DNA of 64,000 bases from an uncultured Armatimonadetes bacterium (GCA_963716175.1 OY970296.1:2464001-2528000), one strand, 5' to 3'; numbered from the stretch's first letter, positions 10,357-20,546 are shown. Notes: a model not told the origin generated them from the sequence alone. Program-made: numbers and translations.

Positions 10357-10538
10357 CAGGCCGCCTTCGCCCAGTGGCTAAGCCTTCGGCCGCCATGGCG
10401 GCCCCGACTCTTCGGGGCCTAGCCATAGATACTTACCGGACGGAGGTTCGAAGTGTCGGAGTTACCCGCGCGAGCCGCGCCTTGGCAACAGGGCTTCCAC
10501 TGTAAGCAAACGAAGCTAGTGGCTGAGGAGGGCAGGAT

Positions 10539-11534
10539 ATGACCTCGGACAATCCAGACGAGCGGCAGGAGGAACGAGAAGTCTACGTACCCGGCACGAT
10601 AGACCGAGACCGACAAACGCGAGCGGAAACTGTCCTGGGACAGACATCCTATTGGCTCCTGGCTAGCAGGGCCTATCGCTATGCTGGCCTGAGGACTTAT
10701 CTGGTTGAGGTTTTCGTTCGTGAGTTTGCCGAGTGCCTGAAGCATCCGAGCAGTCAGAGTGCCACCCTGAACGCTCAGATTCTCCTATGGGCCGCGTGGT
10801 CTCACACGTTCATGCACCTAGAGGACGTGGCGGCTTTGCTTCACGCCACCGGTGAGTTCGGGAAGCAGTGGGACATGGCAGGGAAGGCCTGTTGCAGCGA
10901 TCTCATCTATGAGCGCTATCTGTCCTTCAGTGATCCCGCGGCGGGGTCGGGAGCAAGTCCGCAGTCGGTGCTCGAGAAAGTGAAAAGCAGTCTCACCGAT
11001 GCCCGCCGAGCGCTTTGGCTGCCGGCGAAGAAAGAGTGGCGAGAGATGTTCCCCGGCGCGCCGGACAATGACTACGTCCTCATCGTACAGACTGCCGAGA
11101 ATCAGCGACGGGTGACACGTGAAGTGCTGAAGTACTTGAGGTCGGAGTCGGGCAGGAAATGGTACGAGTCGTACCTTCGATTCAAACACGGAATGCCAAT
11201 GGTGGCTCTCGACCTCTTCCATACGAATGCCACGATGTACTACCCGCCCGGCCAGGTGCCTGACGAGCAGACTGTACGCGCTGGTGCTGCTCGCGAGGTG
11301 CGGAGGATGAGAATACTGATGCCAAGAGACCCCCGCGATCCTGGAGGCAGAAGGCCTCACCTTCAGAGCTTCGACTGCCATGAGAAGGCCGCCAAGCAGG
11401 TTCTGGGCTCAAGCCGCCTGCTATCCGAGATCGAAGAGTACGTCTGTAAGTCTATCGCGCATCGAGCAGAGAGCGAGGAAACGCGGGAGTTCTTCATCAT
11501 CAGGAAGGCTGACGGCGAGACGGGAGCAGGATAG
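10539..11534 (+). CDS. Hypothetical protein in a foreign-looking islet
   Basis: 331-aa ORF with GAGGAGG upstream; more A/T-ending codons than neighbours; no family recognised. Confidence 0.7.
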   Translation: MTSDNPDERQEEREVYVPGTIDRDRQTRAETVLGQTSYWLLASRAYRYAGLRTYLVEVFVREFAECLKHPSSQSATLNAQILLWAAWSHTFMHLEDVAALLHATGEFGKQWDMAGKACCSDLIYERYLSFSDPAAGSGASPQSVLEKVKSSLTDARRALWLPAKKEWREMFPGAPDNDYVLIVQTAENQRRVTREVLKYLRSESGRKWYESYLRFKHGMPMVALDLFHTNATMYYPPGQVPDEQTVRAGAAREVRRMRILMPRDPRDPGGRRPHLQSFDCHEKAAKQVLGSSRLLSEIEEYVCKSIAHRAESEETREFFIIRKADGETGAG

Positions 11535-11802
11535 TGCCAGAGGACCGGCAGTGTTCGCTTGGGTCACCTGAGGTCGTCCTTCCGCCGGTAGCATTGCCGT
11601 CGGAGAGCGACCGATGGGAGGCCGACTCGCGTGCCCGGGCAGCGCCTTTGACAACGGGTTTTGACTTCCCGGTGCTGTCCGACGCGCCTTATTCTACGGA
11701 GGGTCTCCACGGCTCAGGCACCAGCTGCAGACAGCTGGACCCTGTGGAGCTGCAAGTAGGCCCACGTGATGCGGCTGCGGTGTGGCGGTATTGCCCTAAT
11801 GT

Positions 11803-12006
11803 CTACTCCGTCTTCACCTTGGCCAGCTGCCGGAGGGCATCGTCTAGGCTCTTCAGTATGTCGCTGCGTTGCGGTGAGTCCGGCATGTGATTCTTGATGA
11901 GCCCGATGGCCTGTTCGATGTGCTTCCTGGCGTTCTGCTTGTTGACCTCGGTCCTCTGAACGACTCCCTTTCCTGGCACATAGCGCACTCGGGTACCCTC
12001 CTCCAT
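11803..12006 (-). CDS. Small hypothetical helical protein
   Basis: 67-aa ORF MEEGTRVRYVPGKG...LAKVKTE with protein-like composition. Confidence 0.45.
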   Translation of the reverse strand: MEEGTRVRYVPGKGVVQRTEVNKQNARKHIEQAIGLIKNHMPDSPQRSDILKSLDDALRQLAKVKTE

Positions 12007-12674
12007 TCTAAGGTGGATGTGGCAACCACGCGGATCTTCCGCGCGCCATACGATAGCGCACCTGGCATGCGCTGACAAGTCACCGCGCTTCGCTGACCCC
12101 AACGACACTCCTGAGCGGGAACAGGGTCCAGAGCCCTGCGCGGCCGTGGTCTGAAGGTGTTCCCGTAGCCAGCCCTGGTGTCAGGGGTGGACCGCTTCCG
12201 GCGCTGGCGGCGTACCGGGGATAGATGGGGGAAGACCAGTAAGACAGCTCAACGCGAAGTGAGCCGGAGGATACTCGATGACATAGCGGGAGCACCGCGA
12301 AAGCGTCGGGTTCTACTCCGGCACGGCATCGAGACCCAGGGAGGCCGACCCCAAGGAACCCACATCAGTGTTAGCAGGCGCCCGTTCGCCACAGCGGCCT
12401 GTCAACGGCGGGCCTGGACGCAGACACCCATCGGACGGGAGTTCGAAACGCCGAGTGGTCAGCGTGTCCGAATCGAACCCTGAGAAAATCGAGGCTCGAA
12501 GAACCCGCATAAGTACTGGATTCTCTACCAACGGACGGATTGGCAGAAGTCCGAAGGATTCAGAGAAAGAGAGGCCGGAAGGGCCGTTTTCGGCGGCCAG
12601 ACGGGGTGGAAAAGGGGTGAGCCGTCCGAAGGCCTGCCATGCAGGAAGCGGCGAGAATGAGCCTATTACACGCC

Positions 12675-12703
12675 AGAACCCGCCTCTCGGTGAGGCGGGT
12701 TCT
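12675..12703. terminator. Stem-loop downstream of the tmRNA 3' end
   Basis: AGAACCCGCCT / AGGCGGGTTCT perfect 11-bp stem; no clear U-tract. Confidence 0.55.
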
Positions 12704-12734
12704 CAGCGACAGAGAATGTTTCGATGAAGAAACA

Positions 12735-12855
12735 TGGTCGAGGCGGTGGGAATTGAACCCACGTCCGATGGACAGTCCCTTCAGACCACTACGAGCGTAG
12801 CCTGCGTTTTGGCTTCGCCGGGCGGACGCCCACAGGCGCGCCGGTCACACGGCTC
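12735..12855 (-). ncRNA. ssrA: tmRNA 3' portion only (pk4-like region, helix 2 3' strand, T-arm, acceptor strand, CCA)
   Basis: Minus strand ...CCTGTG..CCGGCGAAGCCAAAACGCAGG-CTACGCTCGTAG...GGACGTGGGTTCAATTCCCACCGCCTCGACCA; no 5' half or tag ORF before the CDS ending at 12914. Confidence 0.7.
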
Positions 12856-12913
12856 GCTCACCTCTCTTTGCCTTCGCAGCGAATGCGCTAGACCAGTCGC
12901 CCAGCAGTCCACC

Positions 12914-14899
12914 CTAGCCGCCGAAGAAGTTATAGCTTGGCACCTTGAAGATGAGCCCGATCAACGGCCAGGCACAGCCTACTATGGACTCTCCCAGGAT
13001 CAGCCCGTAGAACAGCGGCAGCACCTGTCGGTAAAGCCGCAGGCCCCCGTAGCGAAGCACGGCCAGCTTCACTGCCCAGGCGATCAGCATCGGCATCCAT
13101 ACTAGATGGATGGACCAGCTGGCCGCTAGCGCGTAGGCTACCGGATGCAGGGGCCAGCCCACAAACGCAGTGCGCGCCGAGGCCAGCAGTAAGGTGATGC
13201 CGAACCCCACCGCCATCGCGGCGGGCGCGATCAGGTTCGCCGGTTTCGGGTTCTGCGTCCACGATGCCAGCCGCTCGTAGGCCTCCCGCCCGAACCACTC
13301 CGCCCCCGAGATGTGAGAGCTGGCGCCGAACCGGTAGGCATAGTAGAGCCAGATCCAGAAGCCGCCGATGGCCGCGGCCAGCGTGGCCAGCAGGATGGCC
13401 CACACCATCGGGCGGGGAGAGGTGCGCGCCCGCGCGTCCATCTGCAGCCCTTCGATCGAGTCTGCAATCGGATGCCCGCGGTAGGCGCGGTTGAACCAGA
13501 AGTATTGGGTGAGCATCCCCAGGTCTTGCTGCCGCAGGTTCAGGGTGCCCGCGACGTAGGCGATGGTGTAATCGGGCCCGGTGAAGTGGAAGTCGTGCAC
13601 CGGCGAGCCGAACTCGGCCCTCACCCGCGCCACGGCCACCGCCAGCAGGTAGTAGATCACGAAGGCCAGCACGGCGATGGGCAGTGACATGCCTGCGTGC
13701 AAGCTGAACGCCACCAGCGCGCCTACGCCCACCAGCACGCCTGCCGATGCCACTCTGAAGGGCAGACCTTCCTGCGAGTCATCCGCCTCCGAGGCCCGAC
13801 CCAGCACCCGCCGCCATACGTGCCGGAAGTAGCGCCTTCCTATCAGCAGCGACCCCAGCGCGATGGCGATGAACCCACCGAACATCTGCTCATTGGCATA
13901 GGGGAAGATCGACTCCGAGATGCCGCCCCCGTACCCTCGGCTCACCCCGGTCGCGGCGGCGATCACGAAAAGCAGCTTCCACCAGAAGAAGAAAACACAG
14001 CATGAGAACAGCAGGTCAAGCGGCATGAGGAAGGAGAGCCCGATCACCGCTGGCGTGAAGGTCACGGGCAGCCATCCCATGCCTGCCCACGGCATGTCCG
14101 GGATATACCGCATCAGATCAATCGTGATCGGGATGGCAGGAATGGCGGGGTAGATGTAGCTGAGGCCGTTCACCAGGTCAACCGATCCTGCCATCAGGAA
14201 CCCGATCCACATCAGCCGGCTTCTCAGCAGCGCGGTGCCGGGGTCGGTAAGCTCGAGTGGAAGCTGGATGATCGGGAAGGTCAGGCGTTCCCGCTCCGCC
14301 CAGAGCGGCCGCACCAGCACGGAAATGCAGATCATCACGAAGACCAGCACCACCAGGAACCCGGTCCACCACAGGAACGGGGTGAGCCAGGCCAGCAGCA
14401 CCGGCCGCTGGTACAGGGTGGTGCCGCCATTGTAGTAGCCATACAGCGTCTGCTTGTCCCAGATCGTCAGCCAACTGGGCGTGCTGTTGTCGAGTATCGT
14501 CTCCCAGTGGTTCTGAGGGTTGGCGAACCAGTAGCCGACAGTCATCATCGGGATCAGCACCTGGAGCATGTCGTGCCCCATGATCGAGGTGCCCACCGTG
14601 AGCATGATGTAGACGATGATCAGCTCACTGCGGTTGAGCCCCAGGCCAGGGCGCATTCTTCGCAGCGCCGCGTTGCCGAGGGCTACGAAGGCGATGATGA
14701 AGATGACGTTGAAGAACAGGGAGATGGTGGAGATATAGGGGCCGCTTCCGCTCTTCGGCTCCATGCAGAACTGCCAGGCCAGGTTGAATGGCAGCAGGAT
14801 GAGGCCCACCAGGAATCCGCGCCAGACCCTCAGCTCTGCTCTGGGGGCCGGGGGTTTGCCTGCTCGTCCGGCGATAGTTCGGGGTTGTGGTTGCGCCAT
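12914..14899 (-). CDS. DUF6785/DUF6784 (OPT-like) multi-pass membrane protein, putative transporter
   Basis: ELIIVYIML, W..RERLTFPIIQLP, RVRAEFG, WPLHPVAY, LRYGGLRLYR..PLFYGLILGE. Confidence 0.8.
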   Translation of the reverse strand: MAQPQPRTIAGRAGKPPAPRAELRVWRGFLVGLILLPFNLAWQFCMEPKSGSGPYISTISLFFNVIFIIAFVALGNAALRRMRPGLGLNRSELIIVYIMLTVGTSIMGHDMLQVLIPMMTVGYWFANPQNHWETILDNSTPSWLTIWDKQTLYGYYNGGTTLYQRPVLLAWLTPFLWWTGFLVVLVFVMICISVLVRPLWAERERLTFPIIQLPLELTDPGTALLRSRLMWIGFLMAGSVDLVNGLSYIYPAIPAIPITIDLMRYIPDMPWAGMGWLPVTFTPAVIGLSFLMPLDLLFSCCVFFFWWKLLFVIAAATGVSRGYGGGISESIFPYANEQMFGGFIAIALGSLLIGRRYFRHVWRRVLGRASEADDSQEGLPFRVASAGVLVGVGALVAFSLHAGMSLPIAVLAFVIYYLLAVAVARVRAEFGSPVHDFHFTGPDYTIAYVAGTLNLRQQDLGMLTQYFWFNRAYRGHPIADSIEGLQMDARARTSPRPMVWAILLATLAAAIGGFWIWLYYAYRFGASSHISGAEWFGREAYERLASWTQNPKPANLIAPAAMAVGFGITLLLASARTAFVGWPLHPVAYALAASWSIHLVWMPMLIAWAVKLAVLRYGGLRLYRQVLPLFYGLILGESIVGCAWPLIGLIFKVPSYNFFGG

Positions 14900-15027
14900 C
14901 CGCGGTGTAAGCTGATTTCGGTTCCGCGGGCATACGCCCCTGCCGCAGTGGGACAGAGGGGGACCGACTGGCGGCCGCAGCAGCCAGGTGGCGGGTCCCT
15001 GGCTCGCGTGGGGGCTGCAGCGGTGGT

Positions 15028-17196
15028 ATGAAGCCGAGGCAAAGCAGCCAGATGGCCGGGCAAATCCAACACCGTGTTCGACCTCGTAGCATCAGGAGGC
15101 TGATTGGCCTCTGGCTGCTATTCGCGGTGGTGCCGCTCTTGCTGGTGCAAGCAGGCATCTACTACCGGCGGGTCAACGTGGAGCGGCGGGACGAGCTTCA
15201 GGCGAACCTGGAGATGGCAAGGGCGGTGGCGGCTGCCTTCGGCTTCTACCTTCAGGAGGTGCGCGACGAACAGTGGAGTATCGGTCACGCGCTCGCCCGG
15301 TCAATGCCATCCGCGAGGCAGCAAGGCAATACTCTGCTGGCGGAAGCCGCCCGGCGGCACCCTGGCATCCGATCCCTGAGCTGGGTGGACCCGCGCGGGC
15401 GGGTGGTCGCTTCCAGTGTGCCCGGCCTGGTCGGGCAGGACTGGAGCCCGACCTCGTGGTTTCGGGAGCTTGCGGCTGGCCGGGAATGGAAGGTGACCAG
15501 TGCCGTACGCAGCCGGGATCCTCGCCAGATGACGTTCTCGGTCGCTCAGGCCATCCGCGACGCCGGAGGGACCTTGCGCGGGATGGTGGTGGCTGTGATT
15601 GACCCAGAGGGCCTCCGGTCGAGCCTTGACATCAAGCGGTCGGGCGGGGCGGCCTTCTCCCTGATAGACAGCAGCGGATGGCTGGTCTACCGCCGTCCCT
15701 CAGGCAGCATCCCCTGGGAGCAACACGACTGGGGGAAGCTGTACCCTCCGGTCAGGGGGGCACTGCAGGGCAGGGAGACCTCGGCTCCCGTGCTTGCTCT
15801 CCATGAGCGCCGCCAGCGCGACTTCGCCGGCGTTCCTATCCTCTCCACTGGCTGGGTGGCCAGCGCCAGCCGGCCCGAGGAGGAGGTGATCTCGCCCGTC
15901 CTCTGGGACACCGCGGTTCTGCTCATCATCACCCTCTTTGCTTTGGTGGTAGTGATGGCGGCCGCGACTGTCATCAGCGGGCCCTTGCGGCGGCTGCGCC
16001 GGCACGCGGTTGCCATTGGGGAGGGCGACTTCGCCCGCCGCCTCGAGGCCTCTGGGCCCGCGGAACTGGCGGATCTAGCGGAGGCCTTCAACCAGATGGC
16101 CCGCCAGCTGCAACTCCGCGAGCACGAGCACGAGCGACTGCTGGAGCTGGAGCGAGAGCGCGCCCGGGAGGCGCGGCTGCTGGACACCATCGTGGAGAAC
16201 ACCCAGGCCCATCTCGTCTATCTGGACCGCGACTTCAACTTCATCTGGGTCAACTCCGCCTACGCCAGGGCCTGCCGGCGCTCCCGCGAGGAGTTTATTG
16301 GGCACAATCACTTCGAGTTCTACCCGCATGCGGAGAATGAGGCTATCTTCCGGCGGGTGCGAGACACCGGCCAGCCCGCCGAGTTCCGGGAAAAGCCCTT
16401 CGAGTTCCCCGATCAACCAGACCGAGGGATAACTTACTGGGACTGGACCCTCACTCCGGTCAAGGATGATCAGGGAGTGGCAGAGGGCCTCATCTTCTCC
16501 CTCGCCGATGTCACCGAGAAAGTGCGCACTCGGGAGCAGATGCTTGCCGCCGAGCGCGCTTGCGTGCAGATCGCCGAGACCGTGGCCGCCGAGATCAACC
16601 ACCGGATGAAGAACAATCTCGCTCTGGTCTCGGGCATGCTGCAGATGCAGGCTGGGGCTCAGCCGGCCGGATCTCCCGCAGCGGACGCCTTGCGGCAGGC
16701 CGTCGCTCGGCTCTCCGCGCTCTCTGTCGTCCACGAGCAATTGCTGGAGGCCCGTTCGGAGCGGCTGGAGCTGATGGGCGCCGTGCGCCGTATCGGCGAG
16801 ATCGCCACCGCTGCCCTGGCCAGTGGCGGCGCCGACCTCTCGGTGACAGGCAGCCCCGCTTACGCTTCCCCAGGAGTGGGCAGCGCCATCGCGGTGGTGG
16901 CCAACGAACTCATCACGAATGCCGTCAAGCACGGCGCTGCCGGGCCGGGCCAGCCGCTGCGCGTCGAGGTGGACCTGTCCCGAGTGGAGGGGAAGCTGCA
17001 CCTTTCTGTCTGGAACTCCGGCCGCCCGGTCCCGCCCGATTTTGACCTGGCGGCTGGATCCGGGATGGGTCTCCGCTTGGCGCAGGGGGTAGCCGTCGGC
17101 CAGCTCAAGGGATCGCTGACCCTTCGCCCTCACCGGGGAGGCACGCTGAGCGAGCTCATCGTTGACGACAGCATACTGGAGACAGGGGTGAGCTAG
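15028..17196 (+). CDS. Sensor histidine kinase (Cache-HAMP-PAS-HisKA_2-HATPase)
   Basis: Two TM segments, HAMP ELADLAEAFNQMA, PAS YWDWTLTPVKD, H-box EINHRMKNNL, NELITNAVKH, GMGL. Confidence 0.9.
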   Translation: MKPRQSSQMAGQIQHRVRPRSIRRLIGLWLLFAVVPLLLVQAGIYYRRVNVERRDELQANLEMARAVAAAFGFYLQEVRDEQWSIGHALARSMPSARQQGNTLLAEAARRHPGIRSLSWVDPRGRVVASSVPGLVGQDWSPTSWFRELAAGREWKVTSAVRSRDPRQMTFSVAQAIRDAGGTLRGMVVAVIDPEGLRSSLDIKRSGGAAFSLIDSSGWLVYRRPSGSIPWEQHDWGKLYPPVRGALQGRETSAPVLALHERRQRDFAGVPILSTGWVASASRPEEEVISPVLWDTAVLLIITLFALVVVMAAATVISGPLRRLRRHAVAIGEGDFARRLEASGPAELADLAEAFNQMARQLQLREHEHERLLELERERAREARLLDTIVENTQAHLVYLDRDFNFIWVNSAYARACRRSREEFIGHNHFEFYPHAENEAIFRRVRDTGQPAEFREKPFEFPDQPDRGITYWDWTLTPVKDDQGVAEGLIFSLADVTEKVRTREQMLAAERACVQIAETVAAEINHRMKNNLALVSGMLQMQAGAQPAGSPAADALRQAVARLSALSVVHEQLLEARSERLELMGAVRRIGEIATAALASGGADLSVTGSPAYASPGVGSAIAVVANELITNAVKHGAAGPGQPLRVEVDLSRVEGKLHLSVWNSGRPVPPDFDLAAGSGMGLRLAQGVAVGQLKGSLTLRPHRGGTLSELIVDDSILETGVS

Positions 17197-17360
17197 CCTC
17201 AAGCTGGCACCGCGCGGATCGGGCTTCTGGTGAACAGGGGGGTGGGCCTGGCGGCCGCCTGCATGGCGGCAACCTGTCGCGGGGGTCACCACCGTGTTGA
17301 AAGAGAGGCTTTCCCGCGCTCCGCGCCGAACCCACGGTTGGCGCGGGAGGCGCTGGTGGT

Positions 17361-18860
17361 ATGCCTCCACACCTGATACTGCTCCATCCCCCCAGCCTGC
17401 TGGATGCGAGGGCACAGGCGATTCGCCACAGCCTCGCCACCGCCACCGTGGCCACCTCGCCGCTCTTCGAGTACTACCCGCTCGGATTCCTGACGCTGAT
17501 GGAGTACCTGGAGCGGCATCAGTTCGAGGTGCGCATCATCAACCTCGCGGCCAGGGCGAGCAAGAGCCCGCGCTTCGATGTCCGGCGGCTACTCCGGGGC
17601 CTGGCTCCTCTTGCTTTCGGCATTGACCTCCACTGGCTGGTCCACGCCGATGGCGCGCTGGAGGTGGCCCGCATCTGCAAAGAAGATCACCCTCGGACCC
17701 CGGTGATCCTGGGAGGCCTGACCGCCTCCTACTACCACCGCGAGCTGATCGCCTCTGCTCATGTGGACTACGTGCTCCGCGGCGATTCCACCGAGCAGCC
17801 CCTGGTGGATCTGCTTCGCTGTCTCGAGGCCAGGCGAGAGCCGTCTGGAGTGCCGAATCTGACCTGGAAGCGAGAGGGCGAACCGGTCATCAACCCGCTG
17901 ACCTATCAGCCCGAGTTGCTAGATATCCGGGTTGACTACCGCCGGCTGATCAAGCACATGCTCCGCTACCGTGACCTGCGCGGTGGGCTGCTCACCGGGT
18001 ACCAATGGCCCGCCTATGCCTTCAACATGACCCTCTTCTGCCGCGGCTGTCTCTTCAACTGCCCCATCTGCGGCGGCTCCAACTGGGCCCTGGGGCGGGC
18101 GCGGCTGGGGGTGAGGGACCCGGAGGTGCTGGCCCAGGAGATCGTCTCCACCCAGACGCTCACTCCCTTCTCCATTGGGATACCGGGAGACATCCGCCAG
18201 CATCAACCCCAACAACTGATCGAGGCTTTGCGACGAAGGAAGCCCACCCGGCCCCTCAGCTTCGAGCTCTTCGGGCCTGCAGGCGCGGAGTTCTTGCGAG
18301 AGCTGGCGAGCATCGGCCCACCTCTGGACCTCCATCTCTCGCCCCAGAGCCACGATGAGGAGCTGCGCGCGCGGGCGGGCCGCTGCTATCCCAACGCGCG
18401 GCTGGAAGAGGATGTGGCGACGACCTTGGAGCTGGGAGGCAAAGCCTTCCTCTTCTTTCTCATCGGCATTCCCGGCCAGACTCGGCAGTCGGTGCTGGAC
18501 AGCGTCGCCTATGCCGAGCGGCTGATGGAGCGCTTCCACCAGCGGTATCCAGGGAAGCTCGATGCCAATATCTCCCCGCCGCTGCCCTTCATTGACCCGG
18601 GCAGCCTGGCCTTCGAGCATCCCGAGCCTATGGGCTACCGACTCTTCGCCCGGACTCTCGCCGAGCACCGGGCGCTGATGCGCAACCCGGACCTGCGGCA
18701 GGTGCTGAACTTCGAGACCGAGACCATGTCCCGCAGTGAGATCATAGACATCGCCGCCGAAGCCATGGACCGGATGATCACTCTGCGCCAGCGCTGCGGG
18801 CTGCTCAAAGGTAAGTGGGCGGAACGAGAGCGGGCGCGGGTGCGAGAAGCGGAGATGTAA
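17361..18860 (+). CDS. B12-binding domain radical SAM protein (TIGR04190-like)
   Basis: LILLHPPS, FEYYPLGF, FGIDLHWLVH, GGLTASYY, RGCLFNCPICGGS (CxxxCxxC). Confidence 0.85.
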   Translation: MPPHLILLHPPSLLDARAQAIRHSLATATVATSPLFEYYPLGFLTLMEYLERHQFEVRIINLAARASKSPRFDVRRLLRGLAPLAFGIDLHWLVHADGALEVARICKEDHPRTPVILGGLTASYYHRELIASAHVDYVLRGDSTEQPLVDLLRCLEARREPSGVPNLTWKREGEPVINPLTYQPELLDIRVDYRRLIKHMLRYRDLRGGLLTGYQWPAYAFNMTLFCRGCLFNCPICGGSNWALGRARLGVRDPEVLAQEIVSTQTLTPFSIGIPGDIRQHQPQQLIEALRRRKPTRPLSFELFGPAGAEFLRELASIGPPLDLHLSPQSHDEELRARAGRCYPNARLEEDVATTLELGGKAFLFFLIGIPGQTRQSVLDSVAYAERLMERFHQRYPGKLDANISPPLPFIDPGSLAFEHPEPMGYRLFARTLAEHRALMRNPDLRQVLNFETETMSRSEIIDIAAEAMDRMITLRQRCGLLKGKWAERERARVREAEM

Positions 18861-18900
18861 GGGCCGGGGCCCGCAGGAGGGCCGGGTGAGGGCAAGACGC

Positions 18901-19176
18901 ATGAGAGACCTGGTGATTAGCGAGCACGCGCGGTTCGAGATGGAGCGCCGGCAGATCGCGGAGGAAATGCTCCGCCAGGTTGCTCTCGCGCCGGAGCAGG
19001 TGGTATCCTTTGGGAAAGGGCGGGTGATCTACCAGTCTCAGATCGCCGATCGCGCTTCCGGCAAGAAGATGCTGCTGCGAATCGTCGTCGAGGAGCGACA
19101 GGACGCGTTGTTTGTTGTGACTGCCTACAAAACGTCGAAGATCGGGAAGTACTGGCAGTCGGAGAGCGAGCCATGA
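18901..19176 (+). CDS. DUF4258 family protein, putative RelE-like toxin
   Basis: SEHARFEMERRQI..LLRIVVE..VVTAYKTSKIGKYW. Confidence 0.75.
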   Translation: MRDLVISEHARFEMERRQIAEEMLRQVALAPEQVVSFGKGRVIYQSQIADRASGKKMLLRIVVEERQDALFVVTAYKTSKIGKYWQSESEP

Positions 19177-19382
19177 AAGTCATCTATGACCGTGAAACCG
19201 ACACTCTCAGCCTTGTGCTAGCAGACGGGCCGGTGGCCGAGAGCGATGAGCTGCGCGAGGGGCTGGTCATTGACTATGACCGCCACGGGCACATCGTCTC
19301 AGTCGAGGTGCTTGACGCCTCCGAGCACGTATCAGAGCCCACCTCCATCGCCTTCGAGCTGAAGGAGGCCGCGGCGCGGTAA
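19173..19382 (+). CDS. DUF2283 family protein, putative antitoxin
   Basis: MKVIYDRETDTL..ESDE..G.VIDYD..G.IVSVEVLDAS; ATGA overlap. Confidence 0.85.
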   Translation: MKVIYDRETDTLSLVLADGPVAESDELREGLVIDYDRHGHIVSVEVLDASEHVSEPTSIAFELKEAAAR

Positions 19383-19478
19383 GGCCCGCGCCTGGCTATG
19401 CCCATCAGCGATCTGCATTGCCTGGGGGCAGCGACCGCGTTGCAAGCCGATGGCTAACGGCTGCTTAGCCCGCCCGGG

Positions 19479-20504
19479 CTATCCTCCGCGCAGCCACCTC
19501 GCGGCTTCCCGCGCGTGGTAGGTGAGGATGAGGTCGGCGCCGGCGCGGGCGATGCTGGTGAGCACTTCCAGCACCACCGCTCGCTCTTCCAGCCAGCCGC
19601 GTGCCGCGGCCGCCTTCACCATGGCGTACTCGCCGCTGACATTGTAGGCCGCTACCGGCCGGTCGAGCGCGGCCCGCACATCGGAGATCACGTCCAGATA
19701 GGGCAGCGCCGGCTTGACCATGATGATGTCGGCCCCCTCCTCTGCATCCAGGCGCGCCTCGCGCAGCGCCTCCCGGCGATTGGGAGGGGCCATCTGGTAG
19801 GAGCGGCGATCGCCAAACTGGGGCGCGGACTCCGCCGCCTCCCGGAATGGCCCGTAGAAAGCGGAGGCGTACTTGGCGGTATAGCCCATGATCCCGGTGT
19901 TCGAGAAGCCGGCCCGGTCGAGGGTTTGGCGGATGGCGGCCACCCGGCCATCCATCATATCCGAGGGCGCCACCAGATCGGCACCGGCCTCGGCATGGGA
20001 GAGCGCGGCCTTCGCCAGCAGCTCCAGCGTGGGATCGTTCAGGATCTCGCCGCCCTCCCCGATCACCCCGCAGTGGCCATGGGTGGTGTAGCCGCAGAGA
20101 CACACATCCGTGATCACCACCAGCTCCGGCAGGGCCTGCTTGAGCGCCCTCACGCCCTGCTGAGCCGGCCCCTCGGGGTTGGCCGCCTCCCGGCCTTCCG
20201 GGTCCTTGTGCTCGGGGATGCCGAACAGCAGCACCGCGCGCACGCCATCGTGCCATGCTCGCTCCGCTTCCTGCACCAGCAGATCGGGAGACCAGCGGGA
20301 CTGGCCGGGAAGGGCCTCAATCTCCTGGCACTGCCCGGCGCCGGGAACCACGAACATGGGATAGATGAACTGGCGCGGGTCGAGGCGCGTCTCCGTCACC
20401 AGCTCGCGCAGGGCGGCGGTGCGGCGCAAGCGGCGCGGCCGCTCCCGCAGCCAAGTCACGCCGCCGATGTCCGTCTCTTCCGTCCGACCCAGTAGCTTGG
20501 ACAT
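19479..20504 (-). CDS. hemB: Porphobilinogen synthase
   Basis: [55 protein letters not shown]. Confidence 0.97.
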   Translation of the reverse strand: MSKLLGRTEETDIGGVTWLRERPRRLRRTAALRELVTETRLDPRQFIYPMFVVPGAGQCQEIEALPGQSRWSPDLLVQEAERAWHDGVRAVLLFGIPEHKDPEGREAANPEGPAQQGVRALKQALPELVVITDVCLCGYTTHGHCGVIGEGGEILNDPTLELLAKAALSHAEAGADLVAPSDMMDGRVAAIRQTLDRAGFSNTGIMGYTAKYASAFYGPFREAAESAPQFGDRRSYQMAPPNRREALREARLDAEEGADIIMVKPALPYLDVISDVRAALDRPVAAYNVSGEYAMVKAAAARGWLEERAVVLEVLTSIARAGADLILTYHAREAARWLRGG

Positions 20505-20546
20505 GGCTCTCCCCCGGTCAACGATAGCAGGATGCCGCCGCTTGGT

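Noticed and set aside
12146-12157. 12-nt inverted match to 12778-12789 as the missing tmRNA coding piece
   Set aside because: The surrounding sequence lacks an acceptor 5' strand, TTCGAC and a tag ORF; probably chance.
12178-12483. 101-aa ORF in the islet
   Set aside because: No convincing start or recognisable family; it may be a decayed gene and cannot be supported.
12735-12810. tRNA-Pro, because the CTCGACCA end resembles it
   Set aside because: No anticodon or D arm at tRNA spacing; the upstream CTACGCTCGTAG and pseudoknot-like region fit tmRNA.
12734-13105. ORF MVEAVGIEPTS
   Set aside because: Typical antisense shadow of a tmRNA 3' end, and it overlaps a real CDS.
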